Part shown: positions 53,460-64,000 of the stretch, piece by piece | Numbering within the stretch: the first letter of the stretch is position 1 | Layout: the number at the start of each line of letters is the position of its first letter | Source of the DNA: Omnitrophica WOR_2 bacterium RIFCSPHIGHO2_02_FULL_50_17 | GTDB lineage: Bacteria > Omnitrophota > Gorgyraeia > Zapsychrales > Zapsychraceae | NCBI GenBank assembly: GCA_001805645.1 | Contig: MHGQ01000032.1 | Coordinates: 267-64,266, forward strand | Direction of reading: 5' to 3' | DNA length: 64,000 nucleotides | Notes under the pieces: model-generated | Databases searched by the model: none | The model's input: only the letters and a program-made list of their open reading frames with translations | Told to the model about the DNA's origin: nothing | Program-made: the position numbers and the translations under genes

Positions 53460-54214
53460 AATCTGCCGCTTTTTGTCACCAGGTCTCTGATAAGATAATA
53501 AATAAATTTGGTGTTTCCGATAAGATACCGTTTCCACAGTCGTTGGGGCTCGCAACAAAATCTAAACAGCCACTCCAAACCGATTCGACGCACCCACGGA
53601 GGTGCTTGAAGTTTTGTTCCAGCTATAAAATCGAACGCGGCCCCAACACCAACCATGACAGGGACGTCTAACCTCTCCCGATGAATGGACATCCAATAAT
53701 CCTGTTTTGGGGACCCCAAACCAACCCATAAAATATCCGGATTGGCCGCGTTGATTTGCGCAATAACCGAGTCCCCTTCCATCTCTCCAACCGCCTTGAA
53801 AGGAGGCGAAACACTTCCTGCAATTCTAATACCAGGAAACCGGCTTCTCAACTTTTCCAGCAAACGGACGTTAGTAAGTGAGTCCCCCCCATAAAAATAA
53901 TGACGATACCCTTCAGATTGCCCCAGATCACACAAAGCCAGCATCAAATCCGGGCCGTAGGTGCGTTCTATGATTTTATTTTTTCTCCATTTCCCTATCC
54001 AAACTAGAGGCATTCCATCGGGAGTAACCATACCAGCCGCATTAATGATCTGGCGATAGGCTTCATTTTCCTGACACTGGACAAGAGTGGATACCGGAGC
54101 GGCACACACATAAATCTTTTTTCTCTCTTTAACCCAATTTCTGATACGATCGCAAGCCACCAGAGGATTTACAGCGGCTATTTTTACGTCCAAGACTTCC
54201 AAAAACATCTGCAT
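53456..54214 (-). CDS. WecB/TagA/CpsF family glycosyltransferase (GT26)
   Basis: TPDGMP, GPDLM, WVGLGSPKQD, GVGAAFDF, GLEWLFR..RLWKRY. Confidence 0.93.
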   Translation of the reverse strand: MQMFLEVLDVKIAAVNPLVACDRIRNWVKERKKIYVCAAPVSTLVQCQENEAYRQIINAAGMVTPDGMPLVWIGKWRKNKIIERTYGPDLMLALCDLGQSEGYRHYFYGGDSLTNVRLLEKLRSRFPGIRIAGSVSPPFKAVGEMEGDSVIAQINAANPDILWVGLGSPKQDYWMSIHRERLDVPVMVGVGAAFDFIAGTKLQAPPWVRRIGLEWLFRFCCEPQRLWKRYLIGNTKFIYYLIRDLVTKSGRL

Positions 54215-54251
54215 GATCTACCTGTGCCTCCCATAAATCTGTGTTTGGAAC

Positions 54252-56162
54252 TTAATATTTAACCGTACTGAGCTCACTGGGGAAACCATAGTTATAAAAT
54301 TTCTCGCTCGGGAACCTATCATAAGCCACGACTTCTTGGGCATATTCATCAGGAGAAATAAATATCAACTGACCGTCCTTAACCCGCATAATCCATTTAA
54401 TGCCGTAACTTAATAAATCTTTGACAACCAATGTCTGGTCATCGTAGGATTCCCACCCAACGACGGTTGTATGCCACAAGCCGACCTGCGGCTGAACCGG
54501 CAATAAAAAGGCTGAAAACCTCGTTTTCCCTCCCACCCCTGTATCCCAGGCCGCTTCCTTCGCCTTCTCTGGGTTCGCCCTATAACCATTTATGGCGATA
54601 ATGTTATCCGGATAGTAACGTTCCAGTATATCATTAAAATGCAATCGATTGGTCAAGACTGCAATATTATCAGCGATGGCGGGTCTTTTCAAATGCCCCC
54701 CTTGGGCGAAGATAATCCAGGAAGATCCCCAAGCCACGCAAATAAGAAGAAAAATGGAAACTAAACGTCCTTTCGCGCCCCCTAAAGCCATGAAAATATA
54801 GTCCATCATCACAACCGCCGCTACGACGAATATCGCTGTTCCATATCGATAGTGCCTGGGATCCACAAAACTTGCCAGACACAAGCCTATAATAAACAAA
54901 ACTGACAAGCTGAACCAATAAGCCAGTTGTATCAAGGTTTCTTTCTCAATATTAGAACGCACGAGACTCACAATAAGAATAAACGGAAGGGAAAGAATAA
55001 ATAATATAACAATTTTAGCAGTGAGGACTCCTGACCAGATAAACAGATAACTTATATATTTTATTATTAATTCGATATTCAATCCGCCGGCATACACCTT
55101 ATTAAACACATCCGTCATCTGAATATTCCAACCCCATATCCCCAGTTGCCCCGCGAGAATTGGAAAAGTGGGCACGCCTGTAATAAAATAATTCTTCCAG
55201 TACCACAGCGAAACAAAAAAGGCTGAACCGAGAAAAAGATATAAATATTGGCGATGGTTCCAAATGTTGATAATTTTATCCATCGGCTTTGGTTGAATAA
55301 AGATCCCCAGGATCAAAAAGGAAACGAAGACATACGCCAGTTGATATTTATTGGCCATAAGATGTCCCAAAAAGACCAACGCCAATAAAAATCGAAACGG
55401 GCTGTTTTGACTTCTGCTTTCAAGAAAATTATAAGCTGAGGCGAACAAAAACGCGATTAAAGCGCTGTTAATGATGCAACAGCTGTTTGCGCCGGAATAA
55501 AAAAATTGCTCATCGAAAAGTACCAGCATAACAGAAGCCACCCCATACCACTGGTTAAGGCGATAACTGACATAGCCATAAACCAACAAAAGGACAACAA
55601 CGCTCCAAGAAGCGACGACCAACTGCGGGAACAGTGTGTCCCCGCTGGAAATAGCTAACCCTAAGGCATATGGAACCGCGTTAAAATGAGGGGCGAATAT
55701 TCTTATATCTGTGGCTATATCCCCAAGGATGCTTGAACCTTTGGCCAACCATAACTTTTGTGCGAATAAATAGGTAGAATGAGAATCTACATCAACCAGA
55801 AAATAGAGATTTCTAAATATAAAAATCAGCAGGAGCCCGATAAATATGGTTTTTGGAATGCTGAATTTCCATAAAGCTTCCCAAAAACCTTTTAATGCAT
55901 TTCGAACCTGTTTGAAAAAAAGAGGACCATAATTTATAAAGACGAGTCCCCAAAGACATGGTCCGCTATATAACCCGAGGATCGAGAAAAGGACCATTTC
56001 TCCGATCAGGAAAATACTGCCCAGTAAGAATGACTCCCCCGCATAGAGGCTAAAATTGATGAAATCGTTCTTTTTCGGGTTAATCATCCCGTAAAGGAAG
56101 ATGCCGCAAATAAGGACAGATAATCCGTAAAACAAGAACATTATAAACTGTAAATAATTCAT
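54252..56162 (-). CDS. Multi-TM membrane protein, possibly GT-C
   Basis: Many TMs; DVDSHSTYL loop; WYWKNY..G.PTFP motif. Confidence 0.65.
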   Translation of the reverse strand: MNYLQFIMFLFYGLSVLICGIFLYGMINPKKNDFINFSLYAGESFLLGSIFLIGEMVLFSILGLYSGPCLWGLVFINYGPLFFKQVRNALKGFWEALWKFSIPKTIFIGLLLIFIFRNLYFLVDVDSHSTYLFAQKLWLAKGSSILGDIATDIRIFAPHFNAVPYALGLAISSGDTLFPQLVVASWSVVVLLLVYGYVSYRLNQWYGVASVMLVLFDEQFFYSGANSCCIINSALIAFLFASAYNFLESRSQNSPFRFLLALVFLGHLMANKYQLAYVFVSFLILGIFIQPKPMDKIINIWNHRQYLYLFLGSAFFVSLWYWKNYFITGVPTFPILAGQLGIWGWNIQMTDVFNKVYAGGLNIELIIKYISYLFIWSGVLTAKIVILFILSLPFILIVSLVRSNIEKETLIQLAYWFSLSVLFIIGLCLASFVDPRHYRYGTAIFVVAAVVMMDYIFMALGGAKGRLVSIFLLICVAWGSSWIIFAQGGHLKRPAIADNIAVLTNRLHFNDILERYYPDNIIAINGYRANPEKAKEAAWDTGVGGKTRFSAFLLPVQPQVGLWHTTVVGWESYDDQTLVVKDLLSYGIKWIMRVKDGQLIFISPDEYAQEVVAYDRFPSEKFYNYGFPSELSTVKY

Positions 56163-56164
56163 TT

Positions 56165-57814
56165 TTAATGCTCCAACACAAAAATAGATTCACTATTCAC
56201 AACATCTATTGGAAAATCAGCGAACGCGGCATCAAAAAACTGCAATTTGATGGTTTCTCCCTTCCTCGCTGTTTGGGACAATGCCAACAACTCCCTGTCC
56301 TTTTCCCGCAAGACCTCCATGGCCGACAATCCAAAATCCCTTTTATGCGCACGAAAAACCGAAAGCCCGACCAAGGCAACCGATATTAAAACGCAGGTTA
56401 TAAAAATCTTTGAATGATATTTTATATGTGACACAACGACAATAAACAACAACACAATAGGGACAAACAAAAAACGACTTTGATGAGAACCCCACCACCA
56501 AATCATCCAATTAGCCACTATGAATAAAGGTATAACAACAAAGCGTTTATTTACAAACGCTTTACTCACGAAATATATGAAGGGGCCCAAAAACAGCAAA
56601 TACATCAAGCCCACCGGATAATCATATCGGTTATTCACTCCCTTTTCAGGCACCGCAATAAGCCAAAAATGACGTAAAAACTCCAGCAGTGAACGGCCAG
56701 AGCCATACTGATCTTTGGTGGCGAGGACTTCCTGTGTCTTTCTGACCAGGGATCGCCATTCCAAAGAATTCTTATCAATGGATTGATTAATGGCCAAAGC
56801 GCCCACTCCAAAGGGGAATAATGGTGTCCCGGCGTAATATAATGACTTTGCCACGAATGGACCTGCCACCACAAAACTCACGATGCAAAAATAACCGGCA
56901 AATTTTGTCAGAGCTCTTTTAAAATCTCCCGATTTAGAATAAAAATTGTATTCCAAATCATCAAATGTCCAGCCACTGTCTTTAAATCCTGCCTTCCGAT
57001 ATACCATATATAACCCCAACAAAACAAATACCACAAGACAAATTTGAAGGGGAATAAATGATTTTGACCAGAAATAAAAAGCTGATTCAATGGCGCAAAG
57101 GAACAATTTGCCATTTAAAAAACTGTCCAGGGCAGCAACCAGCAAATAACATATCACCACATCCAACATGGCAATCCCCAGCTGTATGCCAACATTATGG
57201 GACCCAAGAATAACAAGAACGATTAAAAATGAACTCAGCACATTTCGGTTCGAAAGAATCCTTACCAAATTCATGGAAACAAAGACTAGTCCGGTAAAAA
57301 ACAAAAACTGGGGTAATTTATTGGGCAATGCGGTGGCTAGCCAATAAGGCGCCAAGGCAAAGTCGATCGGCAAAAAGTACAGATCGGCGGTAGCCCACGG
57401 GATATGCTGAAACGATCCTAAAATCAGATGCTGTCGAGGCAAAGTCAGATGATAATTAAGCGTATCAAATTCCTGAATAAGGTGTGGAGGAAGCAATGAA
57501 GCATTAAGGCCTACACCCAAAATAATGAGGGCAATCAAAAACCCAGCGCCCAATGAAATTTTATTAAAAAAATCCAGTCGTGCAAAATCACCCCCCAAAG
57601 GCTTAAGCCGGGACGCAAGGCTCTTATAATCCTTAATTAAAACAGCAAATAAAATCAGGCAGAATGCGATCGTTGCGGCTGCAGTGGTTCTGCCGCCAGG
57701 TACCCGCAAGCCATACAGTTCAATCCAGTAGAAAAAAAATCCTATTGCCAACAGAAGAGTTGGCGCATGAAATAAATAACAAAATGTCTTCTCGGGGTTC
57801 ACCGGTTTGGTCAT
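56165..57814 (-). CDS. Multi-TM membrane protein, possibly GT-C
   Basis: PP..FDTLNYHLTLP acidic loop; GTPLFPF; QSRF. Confidence 0.65.
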   Translation of the reverse strand: MTKPVNPEKTFCYLFHAPTLLLAIGFFFYWIELYGLRVPGGRTTAAATIAFCLILFAVLIKDYKSLASRLKPLGGDFARLDFFNKISLGAGFLIALIILGVGLNASLLPPHLIQEFDTLNYHLTLPRQHLILGSFQHIPWATADLYFLPIDFALAPYWLATALPNKLPQFLFFTGLVFVSMNLVRILSNRNVLSSFLIVLVILGSHNVGIQLGIAMLDVVICYLLVAALDSFLNGKLFLCAIESAFYFWSKSFIPLQICLVVFVLLGLYMVYRKAGFKDSGWTFDDLEYNFYSKSGDFKRALTKFAGYFCIVSFVVAGPFVAKSLYYAGTPLFPFGVGALAINQSIDKNSLEWRSLVRKTQEVLATKDQYGSGRSLLEFLRHFWLIAVPEKGVNNRYDYPVGLMYLLFLGPFIYFVSKAFVNKRFVVIPLFIVANWMIWWWGSHQSRFLFVPIVLLFIVVVSHIKYHSKIFITCVLISVALVGLSVFRAHKRDFGLSAMEVLREKDRELLALSQTARKGETIKLQFFDAAFADFPIDVVNSESIFVLEH

Positions 57815-57913
57815 AAAAACCGCTCCCAGGCAACGGCCATTCTCCAGATGATATAAAAAACTGCAATTAAAACCCAATAGATATTGAGCATCTTAATTTC
57901 CCGTTTATCTAAG

Positions 57914-59368
57914 TTATCGCATGCCATGGGGATATTGCCTTTTTGCCGGACTTTTAGGGAGAAACTTATTCTGTATAAAAAAAGCAATACACAAAAGATA
58001 GACAGGGGCAATAACAAGAGCATACCGTGTAACAATGGAAAACAGTGCATACAATCCCGTGTAACCTAAAATCATCAAAACCGCAAAATAAAGAACAAGC
58101 CAGCGCTCGTCCTTCACCGGGCCACGCCCCTTTTCATTAAAAAGATAAGAAATAACAAAACACAGGGCAAAGATGGTCAACAGGGAAGCAATGAATCTAA
58201 TCCCGTCACTAAATATATTTGCATTAAAGATATTTGAAAGCCACTGTGGATATTCGACCATACCGATCTGGCTGGACTCCCAAAACAGCATCCGCAAACT
58301 TTCTATAACAGTCAAGGCCAAATACTGCAGTGGCTTTTGCCAGAATCTCTCAACAACATAGGCGACCGTTGTCCCCACCCTTTGATCTGTAGGGACTCCG
58401 ACTAACAGGCCCGGCAACGAACTCCTCAAATCATCCGCCTGCTGAAATTCGCAATACCGGCACTCTTGTTCAGTAAAAAATTTCCTACAGACCCCGGCAC
58501 CCGGGATCGAAGCGATGTGCGCCCCCCAGATCCTTGCGGAAATCTCATTGGTCCTTTTGACCGTGTTCCCATACAGCAATTCCGCGAAACGATTGGTAAA
58601 TTCATATTGGCCATTGAACCGGCTGTTCATCATTTTATACGATATGACCGATGGACTTACCATAATTACCTCGATCAAAACAAAAATAAACACTTTTAAT
58701 ACAATATCGCGCCTTCTAACAAACCAGGAATAAACGAGCAAAACAAGGTAAGGGATCAAAAAAAGATAAAATATGTACTGAAAAATTCCTTTGGCAAATA
58801 TGGCCAACAAAAAGAACAAAGCACAACAAAACCCCAAAATTGCCACCCACCCTGTCGGTTTGTTCTGCATCGCTTCCCAAGCCAACACATTGAAATAAAT
58901 TATCGCCGGGACCAAAGGAATAACTATGATCTCGGAAAAAAGACTAAAGGTGGCATTAACCAAGGATGGTGAAAAACCTAGATATAAAATCACAAAAAGC
59001 GTTATCCAATGGTTAATTTTAAGCTTTTTCAATAAAAGCAAAGTCAGGATTTGAGTCAAGAAAAGCAGGCCGACTTGCAGGATCGCTTGAATAAACTGAT
59101 AGGGACGCGATATTAAATCTCCAATATACATGGAACCTGCGACAGCGGCAGAGTACAGCGGCTCACGGTTGGGACCTGTTTTGAAATATTCCAACCACCC
59201 CATTTTATATATCATCTCTCCCAGCTGTTCGTATCCCGCCGCATCAAACTTAATGGCCATATGGGTGTTCAACAACAAATAAAGCCAATAAAAAATACAG
59301 ATCAGGAAAACAACCCCATAGGCCTTGCTAAAATCGCGGTTATAAGACACCTCTTTATTGGTGTTCAT
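57914..59368 (-). CDS. Multi-TM membrane protein, possibly GT-C
   Basis: FDAAGY..REPLY first loop, SE motif, TRYAL near C-terminus. Confidence 0.65.
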   Translation of the reverse strand: MNTNKEVSYNRDFSKAYGVVFLICIFYWLYLLLNTHMAIKFDAAGYEQLGEMIYKMGWLEYFKTGPNREPLYSAAVAGSMYIGDLISRPYQFIQAILQVGLLFLTQILTLLLLKKLKINHWITLFVILYLGFSPSLVNATFSLFSEIIVIPLVPAIIYFNVLAWEAMQNKPTGWVAILGFCCALFFLLAIFAKGIFQYIFYLFLIPYLVLLVYSWFVRRRDIVLKVFIFVLIEVIMVSPSVISYKMMNSRFNGQYEFTNRFAELLYGNTVKRTNEISARIWGAHIASIPGAGVCRKFFTEQECRYCEFQQADDLRSSLPGLLVGVPTDQRVGTTVAYVVERFWQKPLQYLALTVIESLRMLFWESSQIGMVEYPQWLSNIFNANIFSDGIRFIASLLTIFALCFVISYLFNEKGRGPVKDERWLVLYFAVLMILGYTGLYALFSIVTRYALVIAPVYLLCIAFFIQNKFLPKSPAKRQYPHGMR

Positions 59369-60554
59369 TTTTAGCGATGGTCTTTGATTTTAAGATCACT
59401 TGGTTGTAAATATCCTTCAACATTTCATAATTCTTCTGAGGAGTATATTTGATTCTATAACTTTCAAGCGCCTTTTCCCGCATTCTTTTCCATTCATTCT
59501 CGTCATTTAAGATGTGTCGCATCTTTTGAGCTAAATCATGGGGATTCCCAGGATCAAAGGTCAAACCATTTTCTCCATCTTTAACAAGTTCCTGCAGACT
59601 CCCAAGCCGACTCGCCACAGCGGGGATCCCATACGCACAGGCTTCAACAAACACTCTTGGAAAACTTTCATAACATAAGGAAGGCAAAACAATCACCCTT
59701 GCCCCGCTCATATAATGATGATATTCGTCTTGTGAGACATACCCCACAAAATCAATATCTTTTATGCCCCGTGCCAGGCCTTTTAACTGCTCTTCCTGAA
59801 CCCCTTGCCCCATGATCTTCAGAGGGATACCCTCAAGAAACCGCCAAGCATTGATAAGGACATCCACTCCTTTCTCCTCGCTCAAGCGCCCCACATACAA
59901 AACATAATCATTTTGCTTCTCTTGGCTTTCTGGCAGAGCTTGGTCAAAGAAATTCGGCTTAACAAAAATCTTATCGGCGGGGATCCCTCCCTGGATATAT
60001 TTCTGACGGGTAAATTCTGCGGCGACAACATAAGAATCCACCATATTTAACCATGTTCCCCGCTGCCAATGCCTTTGTAGCATCCGGGAAAGAAAATAGG
60101 ACGCCCAAAAAGAGTTCTTATAACAACGATGATAAATTCCCGGGATCAGGTTCTTGCCAAGACAATCTTCACAAACTTTATTGTCTCTGTAAAAAAGAGC
60201 GTTGGAGCAAAGTAGTCTGAAATTATGCTGACTTTGCACAACGGGAACTCCTTCATCTTTACAAGCCTGATATGCTGACGGAGTTATGCTAAAGAAAATA
60301 TTATGAAAATGGGCGACATCCGGACGAAACCCCTTGATGAGCGACCGGATCTCACGATAGGTTCGGGGCGAGCCCCCCAACTCCCAGATATATTGGATTT
60401 TCCGGGAGATCGAAGCACTTTCGATTTCCTTGTTATTGCGGTCATATAATAAAACTTCTTCGCCAAATTGTTTGAGCATGGCAACTTCAGACCTTACAAC
60501 GGCATCTTCGCCTCCCGGCAGCAGATAATTGTTATGCGCTACAAGAATTTTCAT
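59355..60554 (-). CDS. Glycosyltransferase family 4
   Basis: GGEDAV, HN, YVGRLSEEKG, ESFPRVFVEA (EX7E). Confidence 0.92.
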   Translation of the reverse strand: MKILVAHNNYLLPGGEDAVVRSEVAMLKQFGEEVLLYDRNNKEIESASISRKIQYIWELGGSPRTYREIRSLIKGFRPDVAHFHNIFFSITPSAYQACKDEGVPVVQSQHNFRLLCSNALFYRDNKVCEDCLGKNLIPGIYHRCYKNSFWASYFLSRMLQRHWQRGTWLNMVDSYVVAAEFTRQKYIQGGIPADKIFVKPNFFDQALPESQEKQNDYVLYVGRLSEEKGVDVLINAWRFLEGIPLKIMGQGVQEEQLKGLARGIKDIDFVGYVSQDEYHHYMSGARVIVLPSLCYESFPRVFVEACAYGIPAVASRLGSLQELVKDGENGLTFDPGNPHDLAQKMRHILNDENEWKRMREKALESYRIKYTPQKNYEMLKDIYNQVILKSKTIAKNEHQ

Positions 60555-61486
60555 AAATCAACAGCTTCCCTGCTCAAGTTCCTATAATATTGTAGAGTTT
60601 CTCTCAAGCCTTGCTCCAAGCTTGCCCTGGGTCGCCACGCGGTTACCGACCGCAATTTTCTATTGGAACCAGCCACATCAAATGATGTGCAGATATTGTC
60701 CTGAGATTCCTTAACCTGAATGGTTTTTACTTTCGAGTAGCGCAGCAATTTCTCCAATAACTCCTTCATGGTAACGGCCCTGCCGGAACAAATGTTGTAT
60801 ATTTCACCGGATTTTCCATATCGGGCGATATCCCACAGTGCCCCGCAAACATCTTTGATATCGAGGTAATCTCTTTTCCCTCCGAGATCTTTTGTATCGA
60901 TCATTTCTTCCTTCATTCCGTTTTCGACTGCCACGATCTGTTGGGCAAAATTACCAACAGCGAAAGTCGGAGGCGTGCCCTTGCCCAGCACATTAAAAAT
61001 CCTGGCAATAACAACATCCCCTCCCTTTTTATAATAATTCAAGGCCAGCTGGGTTTGTTTTAATTTGATCGCCCCGTAAGTCGTTACCGGTTCAGGACAG
61101 GTTTTTTCTGTGATCATTTTCTTTCCGGAAGGCATCTTCCCGTATTCCGCAGCCGAACCCGGGATAATGACTCGTGGACGGGGGGGGGGCATTTCGCTGA
61201 CCGCATCCAGCAAACATTGAGTTGCCAGAAGATTGGATTCCGCTAACATTCCTTTGCTACGCACTCTGCCGCCGACAAGATGAAAAATATAATCCGGAGC
61301 GATATCTGACAGCAAAACCCCCAACTCGACCTTTCGCTTAAGGTCAAATTGAAAAATGTTTTTATCTTTGTGTATTCTTTTGCGGTCCAAGCCGAATATT
61401 TTTATCCCAGGTTTCTGCTTCAAATATTGCCACAGGGAATGACCGATAAAACCATTGACACCTGTAATAAGGACCCGTTTTTTCAT
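60551..61486 (-). CDS. NAD-dependent epimerase/reductase (Rmd-like SDR)
   Basis: TGVNGFIG, GSAAEYG, YGAIK, RDYLD, GEIYNICSG. Confidence 0.8.
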   Translation of the reverse strand: MKKRVLITGVNGFIGHSLWQYLKQKPGIKIFGLDRKRIHKDKNIFQFDLKRKVELGVLLSDIAPDYIFHLVGGRVRSKGMLAESNLLATQCLLDAVSEMPPPRPRVIIPGSAAEYGKMPSGKKMITEKTCPEPVTTYGAIKLKQTQLALNYYKKGGDVVIARIFNVLGKGTPPTFAVGNFAQQIVAVENGMKEEMIDTKDLGGKRDYLDIKDVCGALWDIARYGKSGEIYNICSGRAVTMKELLEKLLRYSKVKTIQVKESQDNICTSFDVAGSNRKLRSVTAWRPRASLEQGLRETLQYYRNLSREAVDL

Positions 61487-61530
61487 CTTGAATTCAGAAA
61501 GAATGGAATAAATATGCTCAAGGATTTGTT

Positions 61531-62247
61531 TTAGCTTTGAAGGAACTTCTTGCTGAATTTGGCAAAGACTTCTTGTGCGGACTCAAAATCGTCCAAGCGC
61601 CCCAAATCCAGCCAGAGTGCTCGGGTTGGGAAACAATAGACTTTCTCCCTGGCGTTCTTTAATTTAAGCATAAGCTCCGGCATGCCGATGGATTCATTAT
61701 CTTGAATATATTCTTTACAATGTTTGCTCAGAACATTGATCCCCATGCTCACAAAAGATTTATGTTCAGGTTTCTCAATATAATCCGACAATGCGCAAGA
61801 AGCGTCCATCTCAATAACACCAAAATCTGTCTTTACCTTGCGCGCTTTAACAGCGATCGTGGCTGCAAATTTATTTCTTTTATGATGTTCGATCAAATCG
61901 GTGAAATTTAGATCCGTCAGGATATCGCCATTGATCACCAAAAAGTCTTCCTCTACATTCTTAACCAGCTTGATCGCTCCTGCCGTCCCTAACGGTTGAG
62001 TCTCCCGAACATAACTTATTTTTACGCCCCATTTTCTTCCGTTGCCCAAATAAGCCTCTATCAGCTCGGCCAGATGGCCGGTGGAAATCGCGATATTCTC
62101 AATACCATAATGTTTGAATTGCCGGATAATAACTTCAATTATCGGGAATTCACCTAAAGGCATTAAAGGTTTGGGCAGAACCGTGGTATAAGGACGGAGT
62201 CGCGAACCTTTCCCTCCGGCCAGTATAATAGCTTGGATTTTACGCAT
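61531..62247 (-). CDS. Sugar-phosphate nucleotidyltransferase
   Basis: LAGGKGSRLRPYT..PKPL, PLGTAG, NGDILTD, WLDLG. Confidence 0.92.
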   Translation of the reverse strand: MRKIQAIILAGGKGSRLRPYTTVLPKPLMPLGEFPIIEVIIRQFKHYGIENIAISTGHLAELIEAYLGNGRKWGVKISYVRETQPLGTAGAIKLVKNVEEDFLVINGDILTDLNFTDLIEHHKRNKFAATIAVKARKVKTDFGVIEMDASCALSDYIEKPEHKSFVSMGINVLSKHCKEYIQDNESIGMPELMLKLKNAREKVYCFPTRALWLDLGRLDDFESAQEVFAKFSKKFLQS

Positions 62248-62280
62248 AAATTTTTACCCGTTCGATCTTAAGATTAAAAC

Positions 62281-63273
62281 TCATATATTATAAATATCGG
62301 TTTTATATCGGTCCAAATTTGCCTTGATCCAGTCGCACGTCAACTTAAGCCCCTCCTGCATCGTCTTGCGCCCTTTCCATCCACAAACCGAATGGATTTT
62401 CGAAGCATCACAAATCAACCTTCCCACCTCACTTTTGACGGGACGTAACCGCTGCTGATCAACCAGGATCCTTACTTTACGACCAAGAATGGATTGGATC
62501 ATATCTGCCAATTCCTTTATCGATATTTCCACTCCACTTCCTGTGTTGAACACTTGTCCGTTGGTGTCTTTTTCTTCCGCCACTTGAATGAAAGCATCCA
62601 CTGTATTTCTAACATAATTGAGATCCCGTTTCGCATCCAAGTTGCCCAATCGAATTACTTTCTGTCCCGAACAAATCTGGGTGATGATAGTCGGTATAAT
62701 CGCCCTTGCCGATTGGCGCGGCCCAAAAGTATTGAAAGGGCGTAAAATGGTCACAGGAAAATCAAATGAACGATAAAATGATAATGCCAAACTGTCAGCT
62801 GCCGACTTGGTGGCAGCGTACGGCGATTGCGGGTTGATGGGGTGATCTTCATCAATGGGGGCGTACTGGGCCGTACCATAAACCTCACTGGTAGAGGTAT
62901 GTACCAGCTTCCTGATACTCCAGTTTCTGGCTGCTTGTAAAACATTCAAAGTCCCCTTAATATTAGTATCCACATAGCTGTCCGGCGAATTATAACTAAA
63001 GGGAATGCCGATCAAGGCCGCCAAATGAAAAACAGTGTCCATCCCCTTGACCGCTTCCATAACGCCATTGGGATCACGAATATCTCCCGAGAAAACTTGA
63101 ATTTTCTTTCTCATGCTACCTGGCAAGGTATCCAGCCATCCCCAATGATTAAAGGAATTATAATAAACGAAGGCCCTGACATCAGCTCCCCTGCGTAAAA
63201 GCTCCTCTACCAAATGACTGCCGATAAATCCGTCCGATCCGGTCACCAATACTTTTTTATTTTTCCAATTCAT
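62281..63273 (-). CDS. NAD-dependent nucleotide-sugar 4,6-dehydratase (LegB-like)
   Basis: VTGSDGFIGSHL, YNSFNHWGWL, ALIGIPFSY, STSEVYG, GPRQSARA. Confidence 0.85.
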   Translation of the reverse strand: MNWKNKKVLVTGSDGFIGSHLVEELLRRGADVRAFVYYNSFNHWGWLDTLPGSMRKKIQVFSGDIRDPNGVMEAVKGMDTVFHLAALIGIPFSYNSPDSYVDTNIKGTLNVLQAARNWSIRKLVHTSTSEVYGTAQYAPIDEDHPINPQSPYAATKSAADSLALSFYRSFDFPVTILRPFNTFGPRQSARAIIPTIITQICSGQKVIRLGNLDAKRDLNYVRNTVDAFIQVAEEKDTNGQVFNTGSGVEISIKELADMIQSILGRKVRILVDQQRLRPVKSEVGRLICDASKIHSVCGWKGRKTMQEGLKLTCDWIKANLDRYKTDIYNI

Positions 63274-64000
63274 AAGACCTCACTTTGAGGCGATTTTTCA
63301 TAGATGCTTTTATAATAGGCGAATGTCATGCCTAATAGTGCCCAGAACGGAATTGCATTATAAGGGACCTCCAGAAATACCAGAAAATTAGCAATAGTGA
63401 CCCAATAAATGAATGTGGTAACAAGTAAGATCCCCGTCAAAGACTTAAGGCGAATGAATTCCTTTAACAAAAATATTATGCCTGCTGTTATGCCAAGCAC
63501 ACATATCAGCCCTACGATCCCTCCCCGATAAATCATATGCAAAAAGGAGTTATGGGGAGCTATCCAACCATCACGGGACCATTCCCGGCGAGCCCACCCG
63601 ATGATCTCCAGCGACTTTGAGCGTTGCGGATACCCAAAACTCACACCCCCTAACATGCTCCAAGGAAAATCCGTCCTCAACAAATCATCGGCCATATCCC
63701 GCCAGATAAACAATCTGAATAACATGCTATTATAAGCAGCTTCTAATGTCCGATAACCTCCCTCATCTCTGTCTTCCGCCAATCCCAGCGCAGCATTTAA
63801 TGTGATTTCATCCTTCAACCCTGAATTACTAATCCCCCCTTTTATCTGACGCACTTTCCTTTGTCGAATCATATCAGCGGCTTTCTCTTTAATATTGTCG
63901 TATCTTTTCTCCATTAATCCCATCCCCCGCCCGCTAGATTCTTGTTGTTTATTTTCAAGCGATTTGACTACCCCCCCGACTCTATCGTCCACTTCTTTCA
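63270..64000 (-). CDS. O-antigen ligase-like protein, C-terminal part; begins beyond window end
   Basis: FRLFIWRD..GVSFG..PHNSFLHMIYRGG; frame open to the window edge. Confidence 0.75.
   Translation of the reverse strand, partial: KEVDDRVGGVVKSLENKQQESSGRGMGLMEKRYDNIKEKAADMIRQRKVRQIKGGISNSGLKDEITLNAALGLAEDRDEGGYRTLEAAYNSMLFRLFIWRDMADDLLRTDFPWSMLGGVSFGYPQRSKSLEIIGWARREWSRDGWIAPHNSFLHMIYRGGIVGLICVLGITAGIIFLLKEFIRLKSLTGILLVTTFIYWVTIANFLVFLEVPYNAIPFWALLGMTFAYYKSIYEKSPQSEVL

Overview
Bacterial chromosomal window, almost entirely on the minus strand. Gene style and content suggest a PVC-superphylum organism such as Ca. Omnitrophota (inference only). 1-1000 holds a truncated YhcG/DUF1016-N plus thermonuclease (SNase) fusion gene that the ORF track missed; it carries a perfect 26-bp in-frame palindrome. 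1.7-42 kb is housekeeping: plsY, pgsA, lepB, lepA, cmk, tyrA, aroF, hisC, pheA, scpB, ruvA, ruvC, yebC, rnpB, rnhA, two tRNAs, rpoD, dnaG, cvpA, a GGDEF gene, smc, fabV, glgC, two GT-C/TPR paralogues, an opp/dpp ABC transporter, secG, tpiA and pgk. 42-64 kb is an AT-richer glycan locus with gmd/fcl, a priming GT, WecB/TagA, a GT4, three O-antigen-ligase-like genes, five GT-C-like membrane proteins and a frameshifted methyltransferase. The best candidate for an undescribed system is a small GIY-YIG nuclease gene bracketed by two inverted ~70-bp hairpin elements with five compensatory base-pair changes and tandem G.A mismatches. Related small palindromic elements occur nearby: nested inside an enlarged RNase P RNA, in frame in scpB and the SNase fusion, and intergenically. 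Other oddities are an SMC with a much shortened, non-canonical hinge and a ruvA-scpB junction lacking both ruvB and scpA. All calls come from manual reading; no searches were run.
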